Below are positions 29,912 through 40,522 of a stretch of 64,000 bases of DNA, in pieces. The position numbers were made by a program, and so were the translations under genes. The notes under the pieces are model-generated. The model worked only from the letters and a program-made list of their open reading frames with translations, was not told the DNA's origin and did no database searches. Positions within the stretch are counted from its first letter, which is position 1. Each line of letters begins with the position of its first letter. The DNA is from an uncultured Lachnospiraceae bacterium (lineage in GTDB: Bacteria > Bacillota > Clostridia > Lachnospirales > Lachnospiraceae): contig CAYMEZ010000010.1 in NCBI GenBank assembly GCA_964389835.1, forward strand, positions 284 through 64,283, in the 5' to 3' direction.

Positions 29912-30982
29912 CTATTGCAGAACGATCGTTCCATCGGCGATCTGGGCTGTATCCAGCGTTCCCTCTTTCTGGGTAAAGATCACGGCATTTTCATCCAGAT
30001 AGCTGTGTCCGTCCAGCAAGCCTGCCGGCTCTAACAGCACAATATGCAGTCTGCTTCTTACCGGCTTAAACTGACTCAGCAGGTGCAGCAGCTGCTCTTT
30101 CTTTTTTTCTTCCACGTAGACCTTTAAAAGCAGGGTCACGTCATAGGGACTTTCACCATATAAGCTATCATACTGCTTTTTTTCACTCCGCTGCACATAT
30201 TTCTGCATCAGTCCCCTCTCTACTATGGTCGGCTTTTCTCCCAGCACGATCATGCAGATCCGCTCAATACAGTACTTTGTGCCCTTTCTCTTTAATAACT
30301 CCGGAGCTTCCAGCAGCAGGCTGCGCAGGGTTTCTTCTCCCAGATAACCGCCGTCCACATCTATCCCCAGCCATTTGGCATACAGCTCCAGCAAAGGCAG
30401 AGAGGCTTTTTCTACTGGCAGCAGCTCGCTGCGCACATCCAGCTTTTCCTGAAAATCATTGTAGATGCTGGAATAAATGGACAGATACCGGTGGAAAAAG
30501 CTGTTTTTCTCCCGATATACCTCTGGAAAGGTCTGCATAAAGTTATCTCCGGGGGCTTCTGCCCTAAGCCCGCTGACCCTGACACCTTCTCCGATCATCT
30601 CAACCATGATCCAGAGATAACGTCCGGTTATCTCATACAGCAGCACATCCGGCTTATTGATAAAGCATAAGCCCCGCAGGGTCTGGATCATTCTCTTTTT
30701 ATCCATCAGATTGCTTTCCCTGTTCAACAGCACTTCCTGACCCGTTTTTTCATTGGAGGCTGCCACATAAAGATAACACATGCTGTTTTCCGGCAGCTCC
30801 AGCTTAAAATGCAGCCGTCCCCAGGGACAATCCTCTACACCGCTGTCTAATACAGGCAGGACAAAATAGCTGCTGCCATCCTTGGCAGTGGAATACAGGC
30901 TGTTATTTTCTCCCTGCGCCGTCTCAAAAAGAAGCGCTTTCTTTAATTGATTCTGTTTGATGGAATAATGGATTCCTGCCAT
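29912..30982 (-). CDS. Baseplate/tail protein (P2 gpI-like)
   Basis: FPEVY...FFHRYLSI...LYAKWLG...LLKRKGT pattern; follows the baseplate J genes. Confidence 0.75.
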   Translation of the reverse strand: MAGIHYSIKQNQLKKALLFETAQGENNSLYSTAKDGSSYFVLPVLDSGVEDCPWGRLHFKLELPENSMCYLYVAASNEKTGQEVLLNRESNLMDKKRMIQTLRGLCFINKPDVLLYEITGRYLWIMVEMIGEGVRVSGLRAEAPGDNFMQTFPEVYREKNSFFHRYLSIYSSIYNDFQEKLDVRSELLPVEKASLPLLELYAKWLGIDVDGGYLGEETLRSLLLEAPELLKRKGTKYCIERICMIVLGEKPTIVERGLMQKYVQRSEKKQYDSLYGESPYDVTLLLKVYVEEKKKEQLLHLLSQFKPVRSRLHIVLLEPAGLLDGHSYLDENAVIFTQKEGTLDTAQIADGTIVLQ

Positions 30983-30987
30983 AACGA

Positions 30988-33093
30988 TTACCTACCTTCC
31001 TCCAGCATAGGAAGAATCTCTAAATTGATCTTTCCCGGATACAGCAGACAGTTTTCGCAGGGTCTGATATCTGCACCCTCTGCGCCGGCATAGCCGCCGC
31101 CCTCTGTGGCAATGCTGAAATCTGACAGATATGCCACACACTCCAGCCCATCCACTGCATGAAAGAGCTTGTCAAAACGCAGCACCTCACCAAAATTTTT
31201 GCTGCCATGAACATAATCCAGCTCTCTGCGGATGACCTGTTCGATCTGCTGACGGCAATTTTCATAATGAGGCTTTACATAGATGACTCCGTTTGTTACT
31301 ACAGACTGGTATACCGGCTGACGGATACACACTCTGGTAGAAAGAAGTCTGTGCTGATCCAGCCAGTTTTCGATCTCCTTTTTGTAAATCTCAGAAAGCA
31401 CCGGGAATCTTTCCCTGCTGGCAGGCAGCACTGCTACCTGAACCTCATTTCGTTCTGTATCCATCCATGCGTGCACCTTGGTAATGCACAGTCCCGGAGT
31501 CTTCTTTGCCATCTGCTCAAAATCTGCCGCTGTCACTGCTGTCTGAGGTGTATTCATATCCTCTACAAACCGTCTGCGCACGTCCTCTAACGACTCCTGA
31601 AATCTTCCGCCGCTGCCCGCCATAGGATTGGTAAAATAGATTTTCTCCTGATAACCCACCGGAGTAAACAGATTGCCCGGACGGACATTTCCCTCTGTTC
31701 CCAGCGTTACTGCAATAGAAGCCAGATATAGCTTTGCACCTATGTAATCTCCGGCATCCAGAATGCGGATCTTTCCCTCATTTTCATACAGATAATAAGA
31801 AAGCTCCTGCTCCTCCATCCTGCCCGGCTTTACAAAATCATAACGCTTTCCACCGTCCTCTGCATCCCTTTCTGCAATAAGAGCAAAGGTATCTGTTACC
31901 ACATGCTCCTTGGGAAGCTTGATCTCCTGATCATCATATCCGAAAATCTCTCCCAGATAATACTTCCGCATCATCTCTTCATTATATATTACGATCTTTA
32001 CTGCATTTTTTACATTTTCCGGTCCATAGCCAAAGAGCTTTTTGTCAAAGTGAAAGGTATGTGTACCATAAGCATCCCGGCTGCGGTAATAATAGCGTCC
32101 ATGCTCTGGCTCTCCCTCACATTCCTGATACATCCGGTAAGAGGTCCCCTTTTGCTCTTTGCAGAATACCCTGATATAACCAGTTTCCAGCATAGCACAA
32201 TCTAAAGAAATATCTGCTGCCTTCTGGAAGGAATGGGTAATGATCAGTGTTTCCTTCTGAACCACTGGGAACAGAAAGCCTGTCAGATAAGAAAGCGCTG
32301 GTGCCAGATCATAGCTGGCATGCTTTAAAACTGCTTTCCAGACATAGCCGGAAATGCCGTCCTTTTCATATTTTTCAGGCTCTTCCTCAGGCTGGGTCAG
32401 ATAGAGCAGCCCATCCGTAAGGAATCCATGGGTTTCATCTATGACCTCCATTGGTACAAACCCCTCTTTGGTATAGCAGCTCCATGCAAGCTCTCCGAAC
32501 ATCTGGCTCTCTTTCCCGGAAAAGGCATTTCTCTGATTTCCCTCCTCTGTACGGGCATACAGGATTCCCTGTTCTCCCGGAAGCAGAGGCTGATCTAATA
32601 CAAGATAAAGCTCCATGCCTGCTTCAGGCTCTTTCCCGAAAAGAAGCACGCTGATACTCATATTCTGGTTCAGTACATGGCTGAAATCATGCACTCCCTT
32701 TTCATCCCTGCCATACACGCCGATAAGCCTGCTTGCCGTCATTTCTCTTGCCAGGGTGGTTTCAAAGCTGATGTTGCCCACCATGAAACGCTGGTCTGCC
32801 GGGATCAGAAAGTTTTCACTAACGCCCTTTGGCTCCAGATATACTCTGGCACCTCTTCCCTTTTGGGGCTTATAGCCCAGAAGCTGCAAAAGCTTTGCTC
32901 TTACTGTATCTGGTACATGCTCCATCTGCTCCTGCTGCAGCACCTGAAATGCCGACAGATTTTCCAATATTGTTATACCAGGATCAGCCGGATTAAAATT
33001 GGTCCACTCATCCGAATAAATGGGGATTTTTCCCAAATTTTCCTCCATCAGCTGTTCATAGGTTTTTCCCGGGATCATTTTTGGATTTAACAT
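30988..33093 (-). CDS. Baseplate J-like protein (Afp11/12-like)
   Basis: IPIYSDEWTNFNPADPGITILE, AVTAADFE. Confidence 0.85.
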   Translation of the reverse strand: MLNPKMIPGKTYEQLMEENLGKIPIYSDEWTNFNPADPGITILENLSAFQVLQQEQMEHVPDTVRAKLLQLLGYKPQKGRGARVYLEPKGVSENFLIPADQRFMVGNISFETTLAREMTASRLIGVYGRDEKGVHDFSHVLNQNMSISVLLFGKEPEAGMELYLVLDQPLLPGEQGILYARTEEGNQRNAFSGKESQMFGELAWSCYTKEGFVPMEVIDETHGFLTDGLLYLTQPEEEPEKYEKDGISGYVWKAVLKHASYDLAPALSYLTGFLFPVVQKETLIITHSFQKAADISLDCAMLETGYIRVFCKEQKGTSYRMYQECEGEPEHGRYYYRSRDAYGTHTFHFDKKLFGYGPENVKNAVKIVIYNEEMMRKYYLGEIFGYDDQEIKLPKEHVVTDTFALIAERDAEDGGKRYDFVKPGRMEEQELSYYLYENEGKIRILDAGDYIGAKLYLASIAVTLGTEGNVRPGNLFTPVGYQEKIYFTNPMAGSGGRFQESLEDVRRRFVEDMNTPQTAVTAADFEQMAKKTPGLCITKVHAWMDTERNEVQVAVLPASRERFPVLSEIYKKEIENWLDQHRLLSTRVCIRQPVYQSVVTNGVIYVKPHYENCRQQIEQVIRRELDYVHGSKNFGEVLRFDKLFHAVDGLECVAYLSDFSIATEGGGYAGAEGADIRPCENCLLYPGKINLEILPMLEEGR

Positions 33094-33102
33094 ATCATGC
33101 TC

Positions 33103-36100
33103 CTAATTGTTCTGCTCAAAATGTATTTTATGAGTACCGCTGACTACAAGCACATAAGGATTGCCAGTCAGTTTTTCCAGATCTACCTCATGATGTCCGT
33201 TTTTATCCAGATATCTGGCAGTTACCATCATTCTGTGTAAAAGTGCCCTGCCCTTTTCCATATGAAGCCGCAGCTCTATCTGTGCCGGCTTTACCATCCT
33301 GCCGATCTCCCAGCCGTTATTTTTCAGAGGATCTAAATATTCCTCCAGGATACGGCACAGCTCCTGCTGGATCTCAAAGCTGTCGTCTGCATGGATCACC
33401 TGCACCCAGGCTTCCACTGAAACCTCTACGAAAATAGGTTCCACGATCTCCAGCTCACTGCCAGACACCGAAAGCTCACACTTTTCTAAAAGATGCTCTC
33501 TTAAACGGTGGCGCATATGTAAAAAGGAATGTTCTCCGTCATAATAATCCTGCATCAGAAGCACGATGGTAATTGCCCCCGGTAAAAAGCTGCCATCCTT
33601 TTTCCTGCCCACGATCACCTTTGCCTGTGCGATCTGTCTGGAAAAATTCAGTGTCTCTCTTTCATAATCCTGCGTGGACACCAGCCTGCTTCTGGAGTTT
33701 AAAACTGTCGTTCCTCTCCGAAGTGCCTCATCTACGGTTTCCATGTTCATGCCGCCATAGGCCTGCACCGGATTGTAAATCCGATCTACAAACATCAGAC
33801 CGCCCAGCGTATTTCCGATCTTTTCACTTTCAATGTTGGCAAGCTCCCCATCGCAGCGCCGCATGATCACCTTAAATGCCACACCCTTTGTATTGCGGGG
33901 TACCTGCACATGTACGCCATCGCCAAAATGCAGCCTGCTGTTCATCCTGTCTACTGCGTAATGTCTGTCACCGGGCAGAGAACGATCAAAATTGTCAACC
34001 TCTTTCCACCTTACATAAAATTCTTGGATTTCTCCAAGGAAAGAATATTCTGCCTTGGTATTTTCCGGATCCTCCCTCAGCATACGCTTCATTTCTGTTT
34101 CTGAGAAAAGCCCCATTTCATTTACCCAGACCTCCAGCGATAAGATATTCTGGGCATTCAGTGCAAATTTCATATTTGGTCCAAAGGCATCGATATAATA
34201 CTCTTCCTCAGCCATGGTATCCACATTGTCTACCTCAACTCCATTTACCTGAATATCACAGATCACCGGGCGGTGCAGAGGATGCTTTTCCAGATAGCCC
34301 TCCTCGTCTGTGATCCTGATCCAGTATGCCTCCTGCCCCTCTAAGGTCCGCTTTGCCATATCAGTAGGCGGCATAAATAAAATAGTTCCGGTATGACTCA
34401 GTCCATCTGTGTGATCGGTCAGCTTGAGTCTGGAAAAGCCCTCTCTTGTAGAATAAGCGAAGGTCAGCTTTCCCTGCTGGCGCTCCTCCAGCTCCTGAAT
34501 CTGGATCAGAATGCTGACCGGCCCATCCTCTATCTTTTTATGGAAGCCCAGATACAACGCCGTTCCCTGATAGCTGCTGCTGGAAAATACCGGTGTGACC
34601 GGACTCTCTGCCATTGCCGAGGACAGCTCCCGTTTCTGACTTCCCCAAAAAGCATAAAGCTTTGCTGCTTTTTCATACCTTTCTCCATAAGTATAGGAGA
34701 TCTGCATATCACTGATGATGGGATAATGGTGGAGTGCCGGCTGATAATAGCAGTTGTCAGCACGGGTTACCTGTATCCGGATACTCCGTCCGTTATAGCC
34801 TCCCGTTTCCAGTGGTTTCCAGTCCTTAGGACAATTAAAACGAATCTCATACATCCCGGATCTGACAGACGCAAACAGCTGCTGCACCGGTTCCTGGGTA
34901 GTCAGCTTGCGCCAGCCGATCCCATTGTAATATTCAATGGATATTTCATCTGCAAATATTTCCGCAGGTGCTCCCAGTGTATCCCTTTTAGGCTTCTTTT
35001 TGATGATCTTCAGCTCTGCTTCCTGCTGCTGTCTGGGAATCGATACCAAATGAGAATCAAAATCCAGACGGAATCGAAGGGTTATCTGGGCATCCGGCTT
35101 GGAAAAATATTCGTCATGCCCGATATACAGCTCATCATAAAGTCCAATGGTTTCTCCAAAGGGAAGAAAACGCCGGATATCCTGCTCTGCTGTTCCGTTC
35201 CAGATCAGCTCCGGCAGCCGCTTTTCTCCTACTGAGGAAAAGCCGATCTCAGATACCATAACACTTTTTTCCGGGATCTCCTCCGGCTCTAAAAGCAGGG
35301 CAGAATACTGTTCGCCTTTTTCAGAAATCTTACGGCACTTTCCCGTCTTGCGGAAAGCGATGCAGTCCTCACCCTTTATGCGAAGCTCATCCACCTCCTG
35401 AAAGCCTGCATCTCCATAATAGTACAGATGATAATTTCCCTTTGTGATCTCTTTCACAAGCTCCGGTGCATTACCGATCCGCATGATAATATCGTTGTCG
35501 CAGACATCAAACAGATAGGGATGATAGAAAAGCAGTCCGTATTTTCCATAGCCTTCGCCGGAAAAATCATACAGGGAAAAAGGATAAGCAGATACTCTGC
35601 CTGTTTCTGCCCCTTCCTCGTTCTCTGCTTCCACTAGCTCCATCTCCAGTGCTTCCTCGCCTTCTTCTGCTTCCTCTGCCACCACATCAGCCGCATTTAC
35701 ATATTTAACTGGCGGAAATTCTCCTAAAAGAGGAATGACCTTTCCATTTTTGCCGGAAGCCATAAAAATGCTTTTCAGCCTGGATTCTGTCACATAGATA
35801 CTATGGGCTGTTTCAAATACCAGATTTGCCTCGTCCTCTTCTCCGCCCAGCAGCTTCACACCCTTTTTCAGCTTAAAGCCAGGAATGGTATTGGCTGCAA
35901 GCCGCATCAGTACTATGCTGTGTGATGGGAACGCAGGCTTTAATGAGATGCCCAGCATATTCATGAGCTCCACATAATCTCTTTCCAGCAATGTGTTATA
36001 CCGTCTGATATTTTCCTCCAGCTCATCGGTATAAAGGAGCGCCAGCACGGAGCCTATATCCGGGTTTTGTTCCTCAAACTGCCATTCCGGCACATAAGAG

Positions 36101-36192
36101 GCAGCCAGCTTCCGGATCTGGTTAAGAATATCCTCTCTTTTTCGATTGTCTATGATATAATCACTATTCGTTATACTCTTCCATTGTCTCAT
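33103..36192 (-). CDS. Baseplate J-like protein (Afp11/12-like, large)
   Basis: IDNR...AASYVPEW...DIG, FGDGVH, RLVSTQDYE; start taken at MRQWK (36192). Confidence 0.85.
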   Translation of the reverse strand: MRQWKSITNSDYIIDNRKREDILNQIRKLAASYVPEWQFEEQNPDIGSVLALLYTDELEENIRRYNTLLERDYVELMNMLGISLKPAFPSHSIVLMRLAANTIPGFKLKKGVKLLGGEEDEANLVFETAHSIYVTESRLKSIFMASGKNGKVIPLLGEFPPVKYVNAADVVAEEAEEGEEALEMELVEAENEEGAETGRVSAYPFSLYDFSGEGYGKYGLLFYHPYLFDVCDNDIIMRIGNAPELVKEITKGNYHLYYYGDAGFQEVDELRIKGEDCIAFRKTGKCRKISEKGEQYSALLLEPEEIPEKSVMVSEIGFSSVGEKRLPELIWNGTAEQDIRRFLPFGETIGLYDELYIGHDEYFSKPDAQITLRFRLDFDSHLVSIPRQQQEAELKIIKKKPKRDTLGAPAEIFADEISIEYYNGIGWRKLTTQEPVQQLFASVRSGMYEIRFNCPKDWKPLETGGYNGRSIRIQVTRADNCYYQPALHHYPIISDMQISYTYGERYEKAAKLYAFWGSQKRELSSAMAESPVTPVFSSSSYQGTALYLGFHKKIEDGPVSILIQIQELEERQQGKLTFAYSTREGFSRLKLTDHTDGLSHTGTILFMPPTDMAKRTLEGQEAYWIRITDEEGYLEKHPLHRPVICDIQVNGVEVDNVDTMAEEEYYIDAFGPNMKFALNAQNILSLEVWVNEMGLFSETEMKRMLREDPENTKAEYSFLGEIQEFYVRWKEVDNFDRSLPGDRHYAVDRMNSRLHFGDGVHVQVPRNTKGVAFKVIMRRCDGELANIESEKIGNTLGGLMFVDRIYNPVQAYGGMNMETVDEALRRGTTVLNSRSRLVSTQDYERETLNFSRQIAQAKVIVGRKKDGSFLPGAITIVLLMQDYYDGEHSFLHMRHRLREHLLEKCELSVSGSELEIVEPIFVEVSVEAWVQVIHADDSFEIQQELCRILEEYLDPLKNNGWEIGRMVKPAQIELRLHMEKGRALLHRMMVTARYLDKNGHHEVDLEKLTGNPYVLVVSGTHKIHFEQNN

Positions 36193-36607
36193 ATGCTTCA
36201 CTCTCTTCTTCCGGCTCTTCGCCCAGATAGAATGGGAATACCATATTCTCCCTTGTATTCTCACCCCTTACAGTATAGCTCACATTAATAAACAGACAGC
36301 CCGGCTTGCTATTCTGATCCAGATTGATCGTTACCTGCTCGATCCGGGGCTCATTGCGCTGCAGATCAGCCGTGATCTCATGTGCCATCAGATTCAGCAT
36401 CGTGGCATCCATCTGGGCAAATACATAGTTCATGACCTGACTGCCAAACTCCGGGCGCATAAACCGCTCTGTTTTCTGCGTCATCAGGATCAGATATACA
36501 CTTTCCTTAATGCTCTCTTTGCCGGAAGAACACGTAAATCTGCCTGTTGTGGGATTAATTTGCGGCGGAAACTTCATTCCCGTTCCCAGAAATCTTTCTT
36601 CTTCCAT
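36164..36607 (-). CDS. gp25/GPW baseplate wedge (Afp9-like)
   Basis: FLGTGMKFP, ERFMRPEFGS, EPRI, NMVFPFYL. Confidence 0.92.
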   Translation of the reverse strand: MEEERFLGTGMKFPPQINPTTGRFTCSSGKESIKESVYLILMTQKTERFMRPEFGSQVMNYVFAQMDATMLNLMAHEITADLQRNEPRIEQVTINLDQNSKPGCLFINVSYTVRGENTRENMVFPFYLGEEPEEESEAYETMEEYNE

Positions 36608-36618
36608 TGCTCTGCTCC

Positions 36619-37437
36619 TTATCCAATCTTAATCGGTGATCCGCCCAGGGTGGTCATGCCGCTGCTTTCTGCCTTCAGCATAGAGGAAGCCTCCAGGGAA
36701 ACATTTCCTCCTGACAGCCCCAGCTTGCCGTTTGTTTTGATCTCGCTGCCATCACTTGCATTTACCGTAAATTTATTACATTTCACATTAACAGTTCCGC
36801 TGCTTCCATTTAAGGTAACGGTAATACTGTCTCCTACCGTAATGGTCAGCTTCTGCTCGGTCTTAATAGCAATGCTGCCATTGTCATCCTCTGTCTTGAT
36901 GACCATTTGGTTTTTTCCGTCCTTATCCCCCAGCGTGATCTGCTTTTTTTCATTATCCAGGATCAGCTTGTGGGCCTGCTTTGGCGTATACACCAGAATC
37001 CGGTCCTGCTTGCCTTCCTCATCCTCTCCATCCTCAAACTGAATGGTATTTCCATTTTTGGTAATGATCTTTTTATATTTGTTTTTTTCATCCACTGCCT
37101 TGGTAAGGAAGGAATTGTTGTCCTTGGGGACACAGCCGATCACATAAGGCTTTTCAATATTTCCATGCTCAAAGGCAAGGAGCACCTGATCGCCCTCCTC
37201 CGGCTGGAAATAATGCCCCCACGCTTTCCCGCTGGAGGGCATGACAACTCTCGCCCACTGAAGCTCATTTGCATTTTCATCTCTTACCGGCACCAGTACA
37301 CAGACGCGCCCCGGCATCTCTCTGTCGTAATTTTTGGCTACGATCCCTACTACAACCCCCAGGATCCTGTTGTCTCCCGTTTCTGATTTCAGCACCTGCT
37401 TGGAGGCGATCTCATCCATAATGTCATATAGGCTCAT
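36619..37437 (-). CDS. Spike protein (gp5/gpV OB-fold plus beta-helix; VgrG C-terminal half)
   Basis: GVVVGIV...GRVCV...WARV...GHYFQPEEGDQVLLAFEHG...PYVIG. Confidence 0.9.
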   Translation of the reverse strand: MSLYDIMDEIASKQVLKSETGDNRILGVVVGIVAKNYDREMPGRVCVLVPVRDENANELQWARVVMPSSGKAWGHYFQPEEGDQVLLAFEHGNIEKPYVIGCVPKDNNSFLTKAVDEKNKYKKIITKNGNTIQFEDGEDEEGKQDRILVYTPKQAHKLILDNEKKQITLGDKDGKNQMVIKTEDDNGSIAIKTEQKLTITVGDSITVTLNGSSGTVNVKCNKFTVNASDGSEIKTNGKLGLSGGNVSLEASSMLKAESSGMTTLGGSPIKIG

Positions 37438-37461
37438 TTTTTCTTCCTCCCCAGTTTTCTG

Positions 37462-38664
37462 CTATAACAGTCCGCCGGACAAGCCACCTACAGCGCCCAT
37501 AGCTGTGTCCTCCATGCTTGCCGCAACAGCAGTTATCTTTGTGTCAAACTGTCCATCCTTACTGAGGATGTGCCTGATCCGGTAAATGTAAAATTTATTT
37601 TTCAGCACATCTCCCAGTCCGTTCAGATTGATAAAATGCCCCGGCAAAAGCTCCGGGATACCCACCAGCTCACATTCCAGCGTACCATAACGATAGGACA
37701 TGGTTTCCATCAGGGAATCTGCCCGGTCCTCTGCCTCCTCCTTAGAGGATATGGTAGAATCCACATAAACCTTCTGACTTTTTTTCAACAAAGGCTTTGC
37801 CTTATTTCCGTCAGAGATCTTATTAGAAAATTTTTTATTTGCTGCGATCAGCTTTGCCTTGGACACATCCATGCCCCTTACGATCACCGTTTCTGCAAGT
37901 CCGGTCATATCATAGGATATATCAAAGCTATGCATACCTGTGGAGGGTCCTATTTCCATCAGGATCGAGGTGTCGGATTTGGCTTTCCTGAACAGCACCG
38001 TACCACACTCCGTGAAAAATTCAAAGTTATGCTTTTTTGCTGCTTTTACCACAAATTCATAGTCACTTTCTGCCACCATCTCTATGGTTTTGTCAGAGGT
38101 TCCCTGGGAAGGATTGGTCAAAGACCTTTGCTTATCCGGCGTATTATCTATCTGGATCTTCTGGATCACCTTTGTGCCCTGACTGCCCAGCTTCTCATAG
38201 GCTGTTTTTTCCAGAATCTCTTTTACTGCATCCGAATAGTACTTTGCTTTCAGCTGGGCAGAATAGCTGCCTGCCATCATCACACCCTTCACGTCCATTG
38301 CAGTCAGCCGGATGCAGGGAATGTCATGCTTTTCAAAAAGATAATTGAGCCTTGTGACCACTCCGGTAAAAACGCGGCAGGCTTTACTGGAATAACCCAG
38401 ATAAACATCTACCTTAGAGCCCAGCTGCAGCTTGATCTTACCCTCTGGAAATACAAAAGAGCCTGCGGACTCATCATAGACATCATAGACACTGAACTCC
38501 GCTATGGATGCTTCAAAGCCGCTGGTTAAGTCCACCTGTATATCAGAAACCGGATAACCCTTTTTGGCATCTGACAGCTCCACATCATCAATTTTGATCA
38601 CTGCCACCGGATGCTGAAAATATGCATATTTATCTTTCAGAGCGCTAAACTCATATGTTGCCAT
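37462..38664 (-). CDS. Baseplate hub (gp27/late control D; VgrG N-terminal half)
   Basis: VFTGVV, ESDYEFV, GIPELLPG...IRHIL pattern. Confidence 0.85.
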   Translation of the reverse strand: MATYEFSALKDKYAYFQHPVAVIKIDDVELSDAKKGYPVSDIQVDLTSGFEASIAEFSVYDVYDESAGSFVFPEGKIKLQLGSKVDVYLGYSSKACRVFTGVVTRLNYLFEKHDIPCIRLTAMDVKGVMMAGSYSAQLKAKYYSDAVKEILEKTAYEKLGSQGTKVIQKIQIDNTPDKQRSLTNPSQGTSDKTIEMVAESDYEFVVKAAKKHNFEFFTECGTVLFRKAKSDTSILMEIGPSTGMHSFDISYDMTGLAETVIVRGMDVSKAKLIAANKKFSNKISDGNKAKPLLKKSQKVYVDSTISSKEEAEDRADSLMETMSYRYGTLECELVGIPELLPGHFINLNGLGDVLKNKFYIYRIRHILSKDGQFDTKITAVAASMEDTAMGAVGGLSGGLL

Positions 38665-38691
38665 TTTTTTCTCCTACTGATTTTTAGCCTA

Positions 38692-39606
38692 TTAGCCCAG
38701 ATTCAGGAAGTTTCCGTTCAGCCAGTTGGTCGAATCACTGTTTTTGATACCAAATGCATTATTTCCTGTACCGGATTCAAACAAATCATTAAATGCTTCT
38801 TCCCATTGCTCTTCTGTTGCATAAGGAGTCTGTCCGGGAATCGCCTGATCCTGACGGATCTGGAGAGATACCTTGGCACGGATCGGTGCTCCCGCCTTAT
38901 TAAACATGGTATAGCTGACCGATACACCTACCAATTCGCCCCAGAAGATCATCTTATTCCAGGCAAAGCCTACCAGTCTTGTAAAATTCTGTACCATAGC
39001 AGCCACAAACAGCTCCGTGGTATCCTGCACTGAATAAGTCTTTCCTCTCACTGCCGTCACACCCTGCTCGATCCGCTGGGCCAGACCGCCTACTGAAGCG
39101 ATCTCGCTTAATAGGGGCAGCTCTGCATCCATCATAAAGGCATCTTTATTATTGGTATCATCAAAGATCAGTTCCATGCCCATGATCGTCTCTGAAGGGC
39201 GGTCAAACTGCTGAAATTCATTTTCGCCAGAACCGCCTACGCTCTCACGCCTGATCTCGCCGCCATTTCCCTGAAAGGAAATACTGGAGGGGCTGTACTG
39301 AACCTGCACCGGCAGAAAATTGGCTGCATTTGCTGTTTTCTTCAGATCGCTGTCTATGCTGTTTACAACCCCCAGCTTAGAGCTGGAAATCCCCATTTCC
39401 CTGTTGGTACGCAGGCTCATGCTGTCCTGAAGCTTTGCTGCCGCACCTGCCAGCCCGGATAAGCCTCCCATACCGCCATTATTTGCTGCCTCATTTCGCT
39501 CAGCCGGATTCATCTCCGGTTTGTGCAAAAGGATATAGGCTTTGTTGGTATTTCCTGTAAAGGTATTTCCCAGACCATTTAAAATACTATTGTCCAAAAT
39601 TGCCAC
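38692..39606 (-). CDS. CIS tube initiator-like protein (Afp7-like, no LysM), copy 2
   Basis: VQYSPSSI, FAWNKMIFWG, YTMFNKAGAPIRAKV. Confidence 0.75.
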   Translation of the reverse strand: MAILDNSILNGLGNTFTGNTNKAYILLHKPEMNPAERNEAANNGGMGGLSGLAGAAAKLQDSMSLRTNREMGISSSKLGVVNSIDSDLKKTANAANFLPVQVQYSPSSISFQGNGGEIRRESVGGSGENEFQQFDRPSETIMGMELIFDDTNNKDAFMMDAELPLLSEIASVGGLAQRIEQGVTAVRGKTYSVQDTTELFVAAMVQNFTRLVGFAWNKMIFWGELVGVSVSYTMFNKAGAPIRAKVSLQIRQDQAIPGQTPYATEEQWEEAFNDLFESGTGNNAFGIKNSDSTNWLNGNFLNLG

Positions 39607-39621
39607 TGCTGTGCGCTCCTT

Positions 39622-40512
39622 TTATAAATTAAGCAGGTTGGTAAACTGATTCTTTACCGTTCCTGTTGTCATGGATTCTGTGTTCTCCCCCGCATTCTTT
39701 TTGAGGATCTCCGAATATCGCTTTTTCCAATAATCCAGATAGCCGGAACCATCAAAGCTGTCTGCTGGCGCACCGCCCATCAGCATACCCAGCTGTACCT
39801 CAGCACGAATGGGATTGCCGGCAGTATTAAACATGGTATATCTGCTGGAAACAGAATTGAGCAGCCCCATATAGCGCAGAGAACCCCACTGAAAGATCAT
39901 CGCCCTATGAGCCTCGTTTCTTATCGCCGCCAGAAAGCCTTCTACCTGGGGCTTGACCGTATACTCCATACCTACAGCAGCAGTTGCTATATTCTTTCCC
40001 AGAGTAGTCACCCCCAGAGTCAGTCTCTCCTCCATAAAGGCATCTGCATTGTTCAGCTTATCAAAGAATATACTGAAGCTGACAGTGATATAGGGGTCTA
40101 AGGGGCGGTACTGAATGGTAGTTCTCTGGTTTTCTCCTTTGGCACCATAATTGCTGACCAGTGAACGTCCGCCGCCTCTGGCATTGATCTGAATGGTGCT
40201 TGGATTAAACTGCACTTTAAAGGTTTTTCCCTTCATTTTACTGAGATCCTGATCCATCTTACTCATCACATAGCTGGTGGTGGCAGAATTCGCTGAAACC
40301 GCCATCAGCTCTGCTGCTGCCATCTCCCAAAAACATTCTACGATAGTATCATTATCCATCCCGAGAGATTTTCCGAATGCCAGCACTTCATCCAGTTCCT
40401 CCAATGTCACGCCTTCTACCTGATCAGGAAAAAACAGCACTGCTTTTTCTATATTTCCAACCAGACCCTTTGCATCATTTTTAATAGACGTCCCCAAATT
40501 TCCTAATGCCAT
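39622..40512 (-). CDS. CIS tube initiator-like protein (Afp7-like, no LysM), copy 1
   Basis: VQFNPSTI, FQWGSLRYMG, YTMFNTAGNPIRAEV. Confidence 0.78.
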   Translation of the reverse strand: MALGNLGTSIKNDAKGLVGNIEKAVLFFPDQVEGVTLEELDEVLAFGKSLGMDNDTIVECFWEMAAAELMAVSANSATTSYVMSKMDQDLSKMKGKTFKVQFNPSTIQINARGGGRSLVSNYGAKGENQRTTIQYRPLDPYITVSFSIFFDKLNNADAFMEERLTLGVTTLGKNIATAAVGMEYTVKPQVEGFLAAIRNEAHRAMIFQWGSLRYMGLLNSVSSRYTMFNTAGNPIRAEVQLGMLMGGAPADSFDGSGYLDYWKKRYSEILKKNAGENTESMTTGTVKNQFTNLLNL

Positions 40513-40522
40513 CTATATCCTC

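Noticed and set aside
36193-36264. Longest-ORF starts (also 52199, 49573, 21328, 27281, 62767)
   Set aside because: They overlap upstream genes extensively; downstream ATGs with better RBS or coupling were preferred.
37570-38529. Long plus-strand ORFs (also 6224..7009, 13876..14640, 34393..35235, 43515..44369)
   Set aside because: Shadow frames antisense to well-supported genes, with no motifs.
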